In this document: positions 8,260-19,063 of the stretch, piece by piece | How the letters are laid out: each line of letters starts with the position of its first letter | Numbering within the stretch: the stretch's first letter is position 1 | Source: Magnetococcales bacterium | GTDB lineage: Bacteria; Pseudomonadota; Magnetococcia; Magnetococcales; DC0425bin3 | DNA length: 64,000 bases | Reading direction: 5' to 3' | Assembly (NCBI GenBank): GCA_015231175.1 | Contig: JADGBZ010000012.1 | Location: forward strand, 11,509-75,508 | Notes under the pieces: generated by a model | Told to the model about the DNA's origin: nothing | Databases searched by the model: none | What the model saw: only the letters and a program-made list of their open reading frames with translations | Position numbers and translations under genes: made by a program

Positions 8260-10020
8260 ATGAAGAAAGGTCACTCAGCCGGGATTTTTCTTGCGGGCGT
8301 TCTTCTGTTCACCGTGGTGGGCTGTGGCGGAGAGAAGGCGCCACCCACAGCTTCACTCCCCGACAAGGCAACAGCCACCTCGAAGCCTACCCAGGACGCA
8401 TCCCGAGGTGACAGGGAGCGGCAGCAAACTCCTGCCGCCGTCACACCTCCCAATCAGACCCATCCGGCGAAGGATGGGGAGAGATCAGATCTGCCCCGCA
8501 AGGTCGCTGTTCTTCCCTTTCGCAACCTCACCCTGGATCCAGACGCTGGTGAGACGGTGCGGAGGTTGTTTTTCAACTTTTTCAGATCCCTGAACTACGA
8601 CGCCGAACCCATGCCAACCGTGGATCGTCGCCTGCGGGAGCACCATCTGTTCGGCCCTCTGTTACAGGGCGGGAACGCTCCCCTGGAACGGGTCTGCCAG
8701 GCCCTGGGCGTCGATGCTGTCATTCGGGCCGTGTTGTCGGATTATGGCCGCCGGGAGGCCCTTGTCCAAGCCCAGCGTCAGGTCACGTTGCAAGCGGAGT
8801 TGGTGCGTTGCCAGGGAAACCAGCTCATCTGGAGTCGGAAGATGTCGCTGCCCATCCTGGAGAGTGACACCTCGCTGCATACCACTGGCCAAGCCCTCTC
8901 CGCCATCAGGGCGTTCATTGGCCATCGCCGTGCCACCTTGCTACAGACGGCAACCCGGCTTTGCCTGTTGATGACCCAGGAACTGCCCAACCCCAAAAGG
9001 GCCTCCGACCCACCCCCACGAATCACTTTCATGGCGCACAGCGGGGCTGGACGATTTCTTCTGCCTGGCCAGATTTTGCGGATTGTCGTCATCGGGGAAG
9101 CCGGGTTGACTGGTTCCTGGGATGTCGGACCGGGAATCGTCAACCAACCGTTGCAGGAGAAATCCCCCGGAATGTATGTGGGCGCCTTCTCCATTCGGGA
9201 AAAGGATCGCGTCATCGACACCTTGCCGGTGGCGCGCCTGACCACCCGTTCCGGGGTTGTCAACCTCTGGGAGGATATTCTTGGCGGTGTGAATATAGGG
9301 CGTCTGTCCCCCCTGCCCGGCATGGTGGTCAAGGACACGACCCTGACCGCAGCCCAGGGCCCTTACATGATTCACCCGGCTCTCATGGTCCAATCCGGTG
9401 CAACCCTGACCATCGAAGCCGGCGCCGTGATTTGGGTGCGTGGCAGGGGGATCGTGGTCAAAGGGGCCCTTGTCGTGTTGGGGAGTCCAGATCGCCCTGT
9501 TCGTCTGCAAAGCGCCACCTCGGAGATCTCCTGGGAAGGTATTTTTCTGGATCACACTCAACGACCCAACACCTTTGCCAACATTTTTATCAGTGGCGCC
9601 CGATATGGCATCAACGCCCAACACGCCAAGGTCGCCCTCCAGGCAGGCGAACTGCACAACAACACCTGGGGCGTGGTTGTGAATGATGGTGAACTGGATT
9701 TGCAAAACAGCCACATCCTCAACTCGGAGAAGAGCGGCCTGACCATCAGCGAAAGCCGTGGCTTTGTTGGCATGAACAGGATCATCGACAACCGTGGCGG
9801 CGGCATTCAACTTCGTCATGCACAGGTCCGGATCGAAAATAACGACATTTACGGAAACACACCCTGGGAAATCCGTAATCTGGATCCCGGAGATCCCTTT
9901 ACTGCGCCGCAAAACTGGTGGGGTCGGTCCCAAATCAGCGAGGTTCCCCTGCAAGGGGCCGTCAGTCTGGATCCCCCTTTGCGACAACCCGCAACCTCCC
10001 AGGCCGGAACGGCCCCTTGA
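8260..10020 (+). CDS. Lipoprotein with LpoB/DUF799-like N-domain and right-handed beta-helix (PbH1/NosD-like) C-domain
   Basis: Lipobox signal MKKGHSAGIFLAGVLLFTVVGCGG; VAVLPFRNLT motif; C-terminal repeats of the beta-helix type (NNTWGVVVNDG, NSEKSGLTISES, NRGGGIQLRHA). Confidence 0.75.
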   Translation: MKKGHSAGIFLAGVLLFTVVGCGGEKAPPTASLPDKATATSKPTQDASRGDRERQQTPAAVTPPNQTHPAKDGERSDLPRKVAVLPFRNLTLDPDAGETVRRLFFNFFRSLNYDAEPMPTVDRRLREHHLFGPLLQGGNAPLERVCQALGVDAVIRAVLSDYGRREALVQAQRQVTLQAELVRCQGNQLIWSRKMSLPILESDTSLHTTGQALSAIRAFIGHRRATLLQTATRLCLLMTQELPNPKRASDPPPRITFMAHSGAGRFLLPGQILRIVVIGEAGLTGSWDVGPGIVNQPLQEKSPGMYVGAFSIREKDRVIDTLPVARLTTRSGVVNLWEDILGGVNIGRLSPLPGMVVKDTTLTAAQGPYMIHPALMVQSGATLTIEAGAVIWVRGRGIVVKGALVVLGSPDRPVRLQSATSEISWEGIFLDHTQRPNTFANIFISGARYGINAQHAKVALQAGELHNNTWGVVVNDGELDLQNSHILNSEKSGLTISESRGFVGMNRIIDNRGGGIQLRHAQVRIENNDIYGNTPWEIRNLDPGDPFTAPQNWWGRSQISEVPLQGAVSLDPPLRQPATSQAGTAP

Positions 10021-10030
10021 AACGGATCGC

Positions 10031-10070
10031 AACCATTCACCACCCGGCAACGAATCGGGGTCCAGGGGGC
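10031..10070 (-). repeat. MITE-like half element B (right module only, inverted)
   Basis: AACCATTCACCACCCGGCAACGAATCGGGGTCCAGGGGGC is the reverse complement of the type-1 right module. It starts 11 nt after the lipoprotein stop. Confidence 0.75.
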
Positions 10071-10183
10071 CAGACGTACCGTTTGGGATCATCATGGTCG
10101 AAGGTGGATCAAGACCCAAAACATCGTGCGCGTTCATGCGCGTCAAGGCAGGTCAGCACATATGGGTCAGCTCCCTGGGCAGT

Positions 10184-10600
10184 TCATAACTCCTCCTCGG
10201 AGGATTCGCTGATACCATTTTCCACGACGATGGCAGCTTTCTCCTCGCTCCTGTCATCGGGCTCGTCAAAGTGCAGACCCACACCCTGGGGTGTCACGCG
10301 GGCCACAACGCAAGGGAAAGCCATGTTGTATTGGTGTTCACCTTCTTGGACGGTGATGGCCGCCACACCGCTCTCCCCTTGGGTAATGCCTGTCAAAGGG
10401 GCATCTGTGAAGAGGAACGCACCACTGAGACTGACATCCCGAGTATAACCGATGATCGTGACTCCCCCGTCCGTGTGCAAGGTCAGGTCAGTGACGAAAC
10501 GAAACCGTTCATTCAAGCGGGACGGCTCGCTTTCCGTGGGAGGATGGTCTGAGTGAGATGGAAGTGGTGTGGTCATATGGATCCAGATTTCCTGTTGCAC
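10184..10600 (-). CDS. PilZ domain protein
   Basis: RFRFV ... DVSLSGAFL pattern typical of PilZ (RxxxR ... D/NxSxxG). The start is GTG at 10600 or ATG at 10576. Confidence 0.65.
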   Translation of the reverse strand: MQQEIWIHMTTPLPSHSDHPPTESEPSRLNERFRFVTDLTLHTDGGVTIIGYTRDVSLSGAFLFTDAPLTGITQGESGVAAITVQEGEHQYNMAFPCVVARVTPQGVGLHFDEPDDRSEEKAAIVVENGISESSEEEL

Positions 10601-10615
10601 ATGTCAAGATGCGTG

Positions 10616-10653
10616 GTAACCATCCAGCACCCGGCAACGAACCGGGGTTCCGG
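10616..10653 (-). repeat. MITE-like half element C (diverged right module, inverted)
   Basis: GTAACCATCCAGCACCCGGCAACGAACCGGGGTTCCGG, between the pepN stop and the PilZ gene start. Confidence 0.65.
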
Positions 10654-10696
10654 ATTCTCCCACGATGGCGAGGATTTCCGCAATAAGAATGCCAAA

Positions 10697-13372
10697 TTAA
10701 GCCAAAATTTTTCCCACTATTTCACAAACATCACGGGAGAGGTTGGCCTGGCCCGCAATATGTTGCAACACTTCCAGCATGCGTGCGGAGCGTCCGGGTT
10801 CAAAATCGCGCCAACGGTTGAATGGTGTCAGCAAACGTGAGGCGACTTGCGGGTTCGACCGGTCAAGCCGCAGAATCCACTCACCGAGGAATGGATAACC
10901 TTGGCCGGCAGGGTGGTGGAAACAATAAGGGTTTCCTGCGGAAAAGGCTCCAATCAGGGCCCGTACCCGGTTGGGATTGTTGGCATTGAACAACGGATGC
11001 CTTGTCAAAGCCGTGACCCGATCAAAGGTCGTTGCCAAAGGAGCCGTGGCCTGGAGAGTCAGCCACTTGTTGGTGACCAAAAAATCTTCCCGCCACTGCT
11101 GAAGAAAATCCTCCAGAAGCGTCTCTGCCTGTGCCGCGCCTGCATGCACCAGAGTGGTCAAGGCTGCCATGCGATCGGTCATGTTGACACTGCCCCGATA
11201 TTGCTGCTCACAAAGCTGGTACACATCTGCATGTTCCGACGCCGCCAGGAGGGAAAGAGCTAGATTTTTCAAGGCGCGATGCCCTGCGACCACAGGGTCG
11301 AAGCCGACTGCGCACCCCATGGCAAGCTGCTCTTTGGACAACTGTTCATAAAGCTGCCGCAACTCTTTTCCCAAGACCATGGCCAAATCATGGCGGAGAA
11401 AGTCCCGTACCGCATGGACCAAATCCGGATCGGCCTGGGGCATGCGGTCAAGCAGATATTTTTCCCCCGGCAGGGTCAAGGCCAGGGCCCGCATGGCAGG
11501 ATCAAGGCTGGTATCCTGCAAGGTGGCCAGAAAGGAAGCCCGCAGAGGGGCATCCCCGACCAGGGATTGTCCCTGTTGGCAAGCCTTGATCCAACGAAAC
11601 AACCAACGCTCCAGCAGTTCCTGCCCGGCATCCCAACGATTGAAGGGGTCGTTATCGTGCCCCCATAGGAAAGTCAGTTCGGCGTCGCTGCGCACCATTT
11701 CCAAGCGAACGGGCGCCGAAAAACCCCTGAAAAGCGAAGCCACTGGCCGTTTGCTCATGCCCGTCGGACCAGAAAAATGGAACTCCTGGCGGGCCTCGCG
11801 CAACTCCAGGACACGCTCGCGCGGGGCTGCACCAGGATCTTCACCCGGCAAAGCCAGGGGAAGAAGAGAGCCATCCTCACCGAATAAAGCCACTTTGACG
11901 GGAATGTGCAGGGATTTTTTTTCAGGTTGCCCGGGAGTGGGCGCCGTTTTCTGGGTCAGGACAAGGGTCGATACCCCGGTAGAGGGAGCGAAGTTCAGCT
12001 CGGCGCACACAGTCGGGGTGCCGGCCTGGTGGTACCAGAGGCGAAATTGCGCCCATTCACGACCGCTTGTCTCCTCCATGACCCGGACATAATCGTCCAC
12101 CGTCACCGCCTGTCCATCGTGGCGTTCAAAATAGAGATCCATTCCCCGGCGAAAGGTCTCCTCCCCCAGAAGGGTGTGGAGCATGCGCACCACCTCGGCG
12201 CCCTTGTTGTAAATCGTTGTCGTGTAAAAGTTATTGATTTCAATGTAGGCGTCCGGTTGCACCGGATGAGCGGTCGGACCGCTGTCCTCCGCAAACTGCA
12301 CGGTGCGCAACATTCTGACATCCTTGATTCTTTGCACCCCACGCGACAGTGTATCGGATGAGTACTCCTGGTCGCGAAAGACCGTCAACCCCTCCTTCAG
12401 GCTCAATTGAAACCAATCCCGGCAGGTGATGCGATTGCCGGTCCAATTGTGGAAATATTCGTGAGCGATAACGCTCTCGATGGCCTGAAAATCGTCGTCG
12501 GTGGCCGTAGCCGACTTGGCCAGGACATATTGGGAGTTGAATATGTTCAATCCTTTGTTTTCCATCGCTCCCATATTGAAGTCATTGACCGCCACGATCA
12601 TATAGACATCCAGATCGTACTCCCGGCCAAAGCGCTTTTCATCCCAGGCCATGGACCTTTGCAGGGATGCCAGGGCATGGTCGCAACGGTCGACATTTTC
12701 CGCCTCGGTGTAAAGGTGCAGATCGACCCGTCTTCCGGAGTGTGTGGTAAAGTCGCCCGAAACTCTTTCCAGGTCACCCGCGACCATGGCGAACAGATAG
12801 GCTGGCTTCGGAAAAGGATCCTCCCAGGTGGCGAAATGCCGATCTCCCTCCAGTTGTCCCTGACGGATACGGTTGCCATTGGCAAGAAGGACGGGAAAAC
12901 CCTGCCGGGGAGCCACGATGGTGACAGTAAAACGTGCCAAAACATCCGGACGATCCAGATACCAGGTTATCTTGCGAAACCCCTCCGGCTCGCATTGCGT
13001 ACAATACCGGCCACTGGACATGTAAAGCCCCTCCAGGGAGGTGTTGCGGGCCGGGTGGATTCGGTTTTCGACCTCCAGGACAAAATGATCGGGCACCCGG
13101 TGGAGGATCAAATGTTCGTGATTGACCTCCCAGACATCCTTCCCGGGAACCTGGCCATCCAGCCGCAGAGAGAGCATTTCCAGTTCCTGTCCGTCGAGAT
13201 GGAGATCCGTCACATACTCCGAGGCCGGATTGCGGTGGATTGCCAAACGGGACTCCACCCGTACAGAATCGACCCCCAGATGCACGGTCAGATGGATCTG
13301 ATCAATCAGGAATGGAGAGGGACGATAGGCTGCCAGGTGAATTTTTCGGGGTGCGGCTGGTTTCTGTGTCAC
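10697..13372 (-). CDS. pepN: Aminopeptidase N
   Basis: GAMEN exopeptidase motif and [11 protein letters not shown] zinc site, about 890 aa. I prefer GTG at 13372, which has GGAG 7 nt upstream; the ORF opens at 13429. Confidence 0.9.
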   Translation of the reverse strand: MTQKPAAPRKIHLAAYRPSPFLIDQIHLTVHLGVDSVRVESRLAIHRNPASEYVTDLHLDGQELEMLSLRLDGQVPGKDVWEVNHEHLILHRVPDHFVLEVENRIHPARNTSLEGLYMSSGRYCTQCEPEGFRKITWYLDRPDVLARFTVTIVAPRQGFPVLLANGNRIRQGQLEGDRHFATWEDPFPKPAYLFAMVAGDLERVSGDFTTHSGRRVDLHLYTEAENVDRCDHALASLQRSMAWDEKRFGREYDLDVYMIVAVNDFNMGAMENKGLNIFNSQYVLAKSATATDDDFQAIESVIAHEYFHNWTGNRITCRDWFQLSLKEGLTVFRDQEYSSDTLSRGVQRIKDVRMLRTVQFAEDSGPTAHPVQPDAYIEINNFYTTTIYNKGAEVVRMLHTLLGEETFRRGMDLYFERHDGQAVTVDDYVRVMEETSGREWAQFRLWYHQAGTPTVCAELNFAPSTGVSTLVLTQKTAPTPGQPEKKSLHIPVKVALFGEDGSLLPLALPGEDPGAAPRERVLELREARQEFHFSGPTGMSKRPVASLFRGFSAPVRLEMVRSDAELTFLWGHDNDPFNRWDAGQELLERWLFRWIKACQQGQSLVGDAPLRASFLATLQDTSLDPAMRALALTLPGEKYLLDRMPQADPDLVHAVRDFLRHDLAMVLGKELRQLYEQLSKEQLAMGCAVGFDPVVAGHRALKNLALSLLAASEHADVYQLCEQQYRGSVNMTDRMAALTTLVHAGAAQAETLLEDFLQQWREDFLVTNKWLTLQATAPLATTFDRVTALTRHPLFNANNPNRVRALIGAFSAGNPYCFHHPAGQGYPFLGEWILRLDRSNPQVASRLLTPFNRWRDFEPGRSARMLEVLQHIAGQANLSRDVCEIVGKILA

Positions 13373-13503
13373 AACATCACTCCAGATCAGGGAAAAGGGA
13401 ATGCCACGCAGTTTGCCTAAAATTCCCAAAAAGTTCCACCAGTGAAAGGTTGTGCCCCTCCTCTCCCCATGCCGTCTTCACTCTTGGGGACAAAAGGAGC
13501 AGA

Positions 13504-16500
13504 ATGGGCGAAAGATGGGCATGGTGGTTTGGGTGCTGGAGAGGTTCTGTTGAAAGTTTGGCCATGAATATTCGTGAAATACCCTATAATTACACCTCAT
13601 TTTCTGATCGGGAGGTGGTGATTCGGCTCCTTGGCGCGGAGATGTGGGAGCATCTGAATCAACTCCGGTCCAAGAGGAATACCGGTCGTTCGGCGCGCAT
13701 GCTGTTTGAAATTTTGGGAGACCTCTGGGTGGTCTCCCGCAATCCGTTTTTGCAGGATGATTTGGGAGCGAACCCCAAACGTCTCGAAAATTTGCTGGCT
13801 ACGTTGCACGCCCGTTTACAGCATATCGAGGCCCGCGCCGACGGCAACGCCCTGGTTGAACAGCTGGTGTCGAAAAGCCGGGCAGCCATCGAGACTTTTG
13901 CCGATCATTTTCAGCAACAAAAGCGTCTGCGTCAGGATATTCTGCAACGTTTGGGGCCGCCCGTTACCCGGCGTGACAACATTGATTTCAGCGCCCTGGG
14001 ACGGGTTGCCCAGGTCACGGATGCCACGGACTGGCGGGTGGAATATCCAGTCGTGGTTCTCATGCCGGACCGGGAAGAGGAGGTTCTCCCCCTGGTGCGC
14101 GAGTGTATGGCCCTGGATCTCACCATCATTCCCCGGGGCGGTGGCACCGGGTACACCGGTTCCGGCATCCCGCTTTTTCCCCATACAGCGGTGATCAATA
14201 CGGAAAAACTGGATCGCATCGGGCCGGTGGCTTTGCTCCACCTGGATGGTCAGAGGGAAAAAATCGCAACCATTTCGGTTGGGGCCGGGGCGGTGACACA
14301 ACATGTGGCCATGGCGGCGGAGGCGGCTGGCTATGTGTTTGCCGTGGATCCGACCTCGCAACAAGCCTCGACGATCGGCGGCAACATCGCCATGAACGCA
14401 GGGGGCAAAAAGGCGGTCCTGTGGGGCACCACCCTGGACAACCTGCTCTCCTGGCGCATGGTGATGCCGGATGGCAACTGGCTTCAGGTCACCAGGCTTC
14501 ACCACAATCTGCGTCGAATCCATGACCAACCGGAGGCGCATTTTCGCGTCGTGCGTTTGGCGGACGATGGCCTGACAGAGATTGATCAGTCCGAAATATT
14601 GACCCTTCAGGCGGCTGAGATTCGCAAACCCGGCTTGGGCAAGGATGTCACCAACAAGTTTTTGGGCGGAGTGCCCGGCGTGCAGAAAGAGGGGTGTGAT
14701 GGCATCATCACCAGCGCCACCTTTGTGCTTCACCGCATGCCGGCCCAAAAAAGGACAGTTTGTCTGGAATTTTACGGCGCCGACCTTGGAACCGCCGTCG
14801 CGGCCATCGTTGAGATTAAGAATTACCTCGACAAACATGCGGATGTGGTGTGCGCAGGCCTGGAACACCTGGATGAGCGGTATGTGCGGGCCGTCGGCTA
14901 TACCCCCAAAGCCCCACGCGGTGTTCGCCCTAAAATGTTGCTTTTGGCCGATCTGGCCGGCGATGAAGCCGGATTGGTCGACGCAGCGGCGGCCCATGTC
15001 GTGCATCTGGCCGCAGCGCGTGAGGGGGTTGGATTTATTGCCAGCACCCCTGAAGCCCGGGCTGAGTTCTGGGCCGACCGGTCCCGGGTGGCTGCGATCG
15101 CAGCTCACACCAACGCCTTTAAAATCAATGAAGACGTTGTCATTCCGCTGGAGCGCCTGACGGAATACAGTCAGGGCATCGAACGGATCAATATCGAACA
15201 ATCCATACAGAACAAGCTGCGCATTCTCTCCGAGGTCAGCGCCTTCCTGGAAGGGGATCGTCTGGCGCGAACTCTGCCGACTCGCCTGGACAACAGCACC
15301 GAAGGTGGGGTCATTCTGGCGGGCCAGATCGAGGCAGCCTTGCATCTGCTCGCCGAAATCCGACAGCGTTGGCAATGCTGCCTGGATAACCTGGATCGTG
15401 CCACCGATGATCCAACCTTGCCGGCCCGACTCCTGGCGCCAGATCTGGTACGCCCCGGGGCCACGCTCATACAACTGTTGCTGCGGCGGGAACTCCTGAT
15501 TTCCTATCGTCGGGAGGTGGAACGACCCCTCAAACATCTCCTCGGCGGTGAATTCTGGTTTGCCACGCGGCAGGAGTTGGATGCCATCCACGCACGTGTC
15601 CGTTCAAGCCGGCTCTTTGTTGCGCTGCACATGCATGCCGGTGACGGCAATGTCCACACCAACATTCCCGTCAACTCCAACGATTATGCCATGCTGGGCG
15701 AGGCGGACCGCATTGTGGACCGGATCATGGCCCTCGCCCGTCATCTGGGCGGTGACATTTCCGGAGAACATGGCATCGGGTTGACCAAATTCAAGTACAT
15801 GGATCCTGTCAAAAAGGCCGCCTTCGCCCGCTACAAAACGAGAGTGGACCCCCTGGGATATTTCAACCGTGGTAAACTTCTCGCGGGGGGTGGGTTGGAA
15901 CTGGCCTATACCCCATCGCTTCGCCTCGTCCAGCAGGAAGCCCTCATTTTGCGCGAAAGCGAGCTGGGAGCCCTGAACGATGATGTCCGTAACTGCCTAC
16001 GTTGCGGCAAATGCAAATCCGTATGTACCACCCATGTTCCACGCGCCTCCCTGCTCTTTTCTCCCCGCAACAAGATTTTGGCCACCGGTTTGATTATTGA
16101 GGCATTCCTCTATGAGGAGCAAACAAAAAGGGGCATCTCACTCCACCACTTCGACGCCCTGAACGAATTGGCGGATCATTGCACCATCTGTCACCGTTGT
16201 CGCCAACCCTGTCCTGTCCATATCGACTTTGGCCAGGTCACCATCCGCATGCGGGAGACACTGCAACATCAAAACAAGAAAAGAAACTCCCTGGCCGGCA
16301 ACCTGGCCTTGGGGTTTTTAACGCTCACCGATCCACAGAGCATCGACTGGTCCCGACGCCTGCTCCTGAATGGGGGTTATGCCGGTCAACGCCTGGCACA
16401 TCACATATGGCGGCGTTTGCATCCGGTTTCCGCTGAAAATCTGCCACCCGCTTCCAACGAGCCTCCGCACTGGAGTGCGCGGGTAGCACACATCCTGGAC

Positions 16501-17427
16501 ACTCCCTTGCCTGGTCGGCTTCCTCGTTACCCCCTACGATCCTGGTTGGGCATCGAGAATCCAGACGTCATCCCGTTGCTGCGCGATCCAAGTCGCAGCA
16601 ATGAACGCGCTCCAGCCATCTTCTATTTTCCGGGGTGTGGGTGCGAACGGCTCTTCAGTGACATTGCCTTGGCCCTCCTAGCCTTGTTGTTTCACCATGG
16701 CGTTCAGGTGGTGCTGCCACCGCGATATACCTGCTGTGGATTTCCTCAGAATGCTTCCGGTGATCCAACCCTGGGACGTCGCATCAGCACCGGCAACCGG
16801 GTGCTGTTTCATCGCCTTGCCAACGCCTTGAAGTATCTCTCGATCAAGGAGGTTCTGATCTCCTGCGGCACCTGCCTGACCCAGCTGCATACCTACGAAT
16901 TTGATCGTATTTTTCCCGGCAGCCGTCTCATGGATTGTCATGAATATTTGTTGGAAAAAGGGTGGTCGATCACGGAAACCCCCAACCATGACGCCCATCG
17001 GGCTCCTTTGTTGTTTCACGATCCGTGTCACTCTCCCACACGTTACCATCCAGGCCAGCAAATCGTTGAAAGGTTGCTTGGCGAGAGGTGTATTGTGTCC
17101 GAGCGGTGTTGTGGCGAGGCGGGAACATTTGCCGTCAACCGCCCCGATGTGGCGACCCAGGCCCGCTTTGCCAAACGGGAGAGCCTGCAAAAAAGTTTGC
17201 ATAAGGCCATGGCGCAACAAACACAGAATCATCCCCCCCCTGCGGAGGCCATCGTGTTGACCACCTGTCCCTCTTGCCTGCAAGGCCTGACCCGTTACAC
17301 GGAGTCCCTTCCCCTTCAGGTGGAGTTTCTGGTGATCGAATTGGCCAAGAGAGAGTTGGGACCGGAGTGGCAAAAAAAGTTCATGGCCCACATTCGGCAA
17401 GGTGGCATCGAGCAGGTTTTGCTCTGA
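13504..17427 (+). CDS. DUF3683 + FAD-linked oxidase (GlcD-like) + 4Fe-4S/CCG (GlcF-like) fusion oxidoreductase
   Basis: [17 protein letters not shown]-domain, FAD-binding PCMH region ([13 protein letters not shown]), two CxxCxxCxxxC clusters and a Cys-rich C-terminus. ATG 13504 follows AAGGAG; alternative ATG 13564. ORF sequence upstream of these overlaps pepN and is not credible. Confidence 0.85.
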   Translation: MGERWAWWFGCWRGSVESLAMNIREIPYNYTSFSDREVVIRLLGAEMWEHLNQLRSKRNTGRSARMLFEILGDLWVVSRNPFLQDDLGANPKRLENLLATLHARLQHIEARADGNALVEQLVSKSRAAIETFADHFQQQKRLRQDILQRLGPPVTRRDNIDFSALGRVAQVTDATDWRVEYPVVVLMPDREEEVLPLVRECMALDLTIIPRGGGTGYTGSGIPLFPHTAVINTEKLDRIGPVALLHLDGQREKIATISVGAGAVTQHVAMAAEAAGYVFAVDPTSQQASTIGGNIAMNAGGKKAVLWGTTLDNLLSWRMVMPDGNWLQVTRLHHNLRRIHDQPEAHFRVVRLADDGLTEIDQSEILTLQAAEIRKPGLGKDVTNKFLGGVPGVQKEGCDGIITSATFVLHRMPAQKRTVCLEFYGADLGTAVAAIVEIKNYLDKHADVVCAGLEHLDERYVRAVGYTPKAPRGVRPKMLLLADLAGDEAGLVDAAAAHVVHLAAAREGVGFIASTPEARAEFWADRSRVAAIAAHTNAFKINEDVVIPLERLTEYSQGIERINIEQSIQNKLRILSEVSAFLEGDRLARTLPTRLDNSTEGGVILAGQIEAALHLLAEIRQRWQCCLDNLDRATDDPTLPARLLAPDLVRPGATLIQLLLRRELLISYRREVERPLKHLLGGEFWFATRQELDAIHARVRSSRLFVALHMHAGDGNVHTNIPVNSNDYAMLGEADRIVDRIMALARHLGGDISGEHGIGLTKFKYMDPVKKAAFARYKTRVDPLGYFNRGKLLAGGGLELAYTPSLRLVQQEALILRESELGALNDDVRNCLRCGKCKSVCTTHVPRASLLFSPRNKILATGLIIEAFLYEEQTKRGISLHHFDALNELADHCTICHRCRQPCPVHIDFGQVTIRMRETLQHQNKKRNSLAGNLALGFLTLTDPQSIDWSRRLLLNGGYAGQRLAHHIWRRLHPVSAENLPPASNEPPHWSARVAHILDTPLPGRLPRYPLRSWLGIENPDVIPLLRDPSRSNERAPAIFYFPGCGCERLFSDIALALLALLFHHGVQVVLPPRYTCCGFPQNASGDPTLGRRISTGNRVLFHRLANALKYLSIKEVLISCGTCLTQLHTYEFDRIFPGSRLMDCHEYLLEKGWSITETPNHDAHRAPLLFHDPCHSPTRYHPGQQIVERLLGERCIVSERCCGEAGTFAVNRPDVATQARFAKRESLQKSLHKAMAQQTQNHPPPAEAIVLTTCPSCLQGLTRYTESLPLQVEFLVIELAKRELGPEWQKKFMAHIRQGGIEQVLL

Positions 17428-17458
17428 AGCCGGCAATGGGGAGAAGAAAGGGCGCTGA

Positions 17459-19063
17459 ATGAAAAGGGTGCTGAATGAAAACAGACCCACAGCCAACCAA
17501 AGATTGCGACGAACGACCCTGAGGGCTGCTGCGTCAGCTTTGACATGGGTAAGTGTGGCTGTTGCTGCACCGTTTCCCGAGGGAGCTGGAATCGTGGATA
17601 CAGGGCAGGATCGTTGTTTTGACAACACCGGGGAGATCCCCCCTCCCCGTCTGCGCGAAGATTTTTTTGGCCAGGATGCCCAATATCAGGGAAGAAAGCC
17701 CGCCTATCGGGACAATGGCAACGGTACGGTCACCGACCTGCACACCCATTTGACCTGGTCCAAGGCCGTCGAGAGCCAAAAACTCTCCCCGGAAGAGGCT
17801 GAAGGTGTGGCTGAGAACATGGATTTGGGCGGTTACCGCGATTGGCGCATCCCCGACATCAAGGAGCTGTACTCCCTGATCGATTTTCGCGGCTACACGG
17901 GTTTCGGGCCCGGCCAGGGTGTGCCTGCCAACGCGGTTCCTTTCATCAACACCGATTTTTTTGACTTTAAATACGGTGATATCCGCCAGGGTGAACGGTA
18001 CATCGATGCACAATGGCTCTCCAGCACCATGTACGTCAGCACCACCATGTTGGGCGATAAAACGGTGTTCGGCGTCAACTTTGCGGATGGACGCATCAAG
18101 GGGTACGGCTATCGGCGTCCGGGTATGCCGGGAGTTGCCAAACGATTCTATGTCCGCTATGTACGCGGACCCATTTATGGGGTAAATCAGTTTGTCGACC
18201 ACGGCAACGGTACGGTGAGCGACCTCTCCAGTGGCTTGATGTGGGACAAAAGCGACAGCGGCAAAGGGATGGTCTGGGAAGATGCCCTGCGTTATGCCAA
18301 AAATCACCGTCTGGCCGGATACGATGACTGGCGCCTGCCCAACGCCAAGGAGCTGCAAGCTATCGTTGATTATTCCCGTTCCCCGGATACGACCAACTCA
18401 CCCGCCATGGATCCGATGTTTCTTGCCACATCGATCCTCAACGAGGCTGGGCAGCGGGATTTTCCCTACTATTGGACCTCCACCACCCACCTGGATGGCC
18501 CGCGCCCGGGCGACAGGGCTGTCTATATCGCCTTTGGCAGGGCCATGGGCCAGATGCATGGGCGCGTCCTGGATGTCCACGGAGCTGGGGCGCAGAGGAG
18601 TGATCCCAAGACGGGAACGCCGCAACTCGGTCGTGGCCCTCAGGGAGATGCCCAAAGGATCTTCAATTTTGTGCGCGTCGTGCGCGGCGGCCATGTGGCT
18701 CTCCAGCCTCCCGGATTTTCGCCAGACCAGGATCGCTACCCCAACAACACACAAAAATTGCGTTTGACACCACTCCCGAACCAACAGGAACCCACTGCAA
18801 GTATTCCCTCCCCATCCGGGCCACCACCCGAGGCGATCGCGGCCTGCCGGAACAAAAACCCAGGCATGACCTGCGGCTTCATGGGATACCGTCACGAACT
18901 CCTGACCGGAGTCTGTTCTTTCCCACCCCCAGGCCGCATACCCGTTGCCGCAGACCACGGTTCCGAACAACCGGCATCCGGCAAGACCCATGAACCAGGT
19001 AACCTGCCTCTGGCGTGCCGCCCTTTGCGGCGTGGTTCCCCTGGTCACATGCCAAGGGATTGA
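17459..19063 (+). CDS. DUF1566 (Lcl C-terminal-like) domain protein, probably exported
   Basis: Two DUF1566 signatures (DWRIPDIKELYSL, DWRLPNAKELQAIV). N-terminus RLRRTTLRAAASAL resembles a Tat-type signal. Confidence 0.75.
   Translation: MKRVLNENRPTANQRLRRTTLRAAASALTWVSVAVAAPFPEGAGIVDTGQDRCFDNTGEIPPPRLREDFFGQDAQYQGRKPAYRDNGNGTVTDLHTHLTWSKAVESQKLSPEEAEGVAENMDLGGYRDWRIPDIKELYSLIDFRGYTGFGPGQGVPANAVPFINTDFFDFKYGDIRQGERYIDAQWLSSTMYVSTTMLGDKTVFGVNFADGRIKGYGYRRPGMPGVAKRFYVRYVRGPIYGVNQFVDHGNGTVSDLSSGLMWDKSDSGKGMVWEDALRYAKNHRLAGYDDWRLPNAKELQAIVDYSRSPDTTNSPAMDPMFLATSILNEAGQRDFPYYWTSTTHLDGPRPGDRAVYIAFGRAMGQMHGRVLDVHGAGAQRSDPKTGTPQLGRGPQGDAQRIFNFVRVVRGGHVALQPPGFSPDQDRYPNNTQKLRLTPLPNQQEPTASIPSPSGPPPEAIAACRNKNPGMTCGFMGYRHELLTGVCSFPPPGRIPVAADHGSEQPASGKTHEPGNLPLACRPLRRGSPGHMPRD

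Noticed and set aside
8071-8411. Short ORFs encoding ...QGFAPNPTR... or ...ASPRTPPG... peptides at many loci. Examples: 8071..8253, 8094..8411, 28226..28420, 42363..42773, 54073..54327.
   Set aside because: All are translations of the repeat core in various frames and orientations, so they are not independent evidence of coding.
13240-13503. N-terminal extensions offered by the ORF track. Examples: 13240 for the DUF3683 oxidoreductase, 27085 for TatD, 30298 for tmk, 21169 for the carboxypeptidase, 61035 for the PDZ protein, 60731 for mutM, 52674 for the aminotransferase.
   Set aside because: The extensions overlap neighbouring genes or repeat elements and lack homology-like sequence. Internal starts reproduce canonical N-termini such as MPELPEVE, MRGRFITFEG and FADSHAHL.
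13816-15591. Long antisense ORFs opposite well-supported genes. Examples: 13816..15591, 796..1695, 3519..4526, 8941..10146, 12407..13420, 26937..28229, 37009..38007, 39274..40440, 41138..42667, 42674..43888, 49827..51269, 54586..56328, 57922..58956.
   Set aside because: These are shadow ORFs typical of GC-rich DNA. Their translations are low-complexity (Arg/Pro/Gly-rich) with no motifs, while the opposite strand encodes proteins with clear family signatures.
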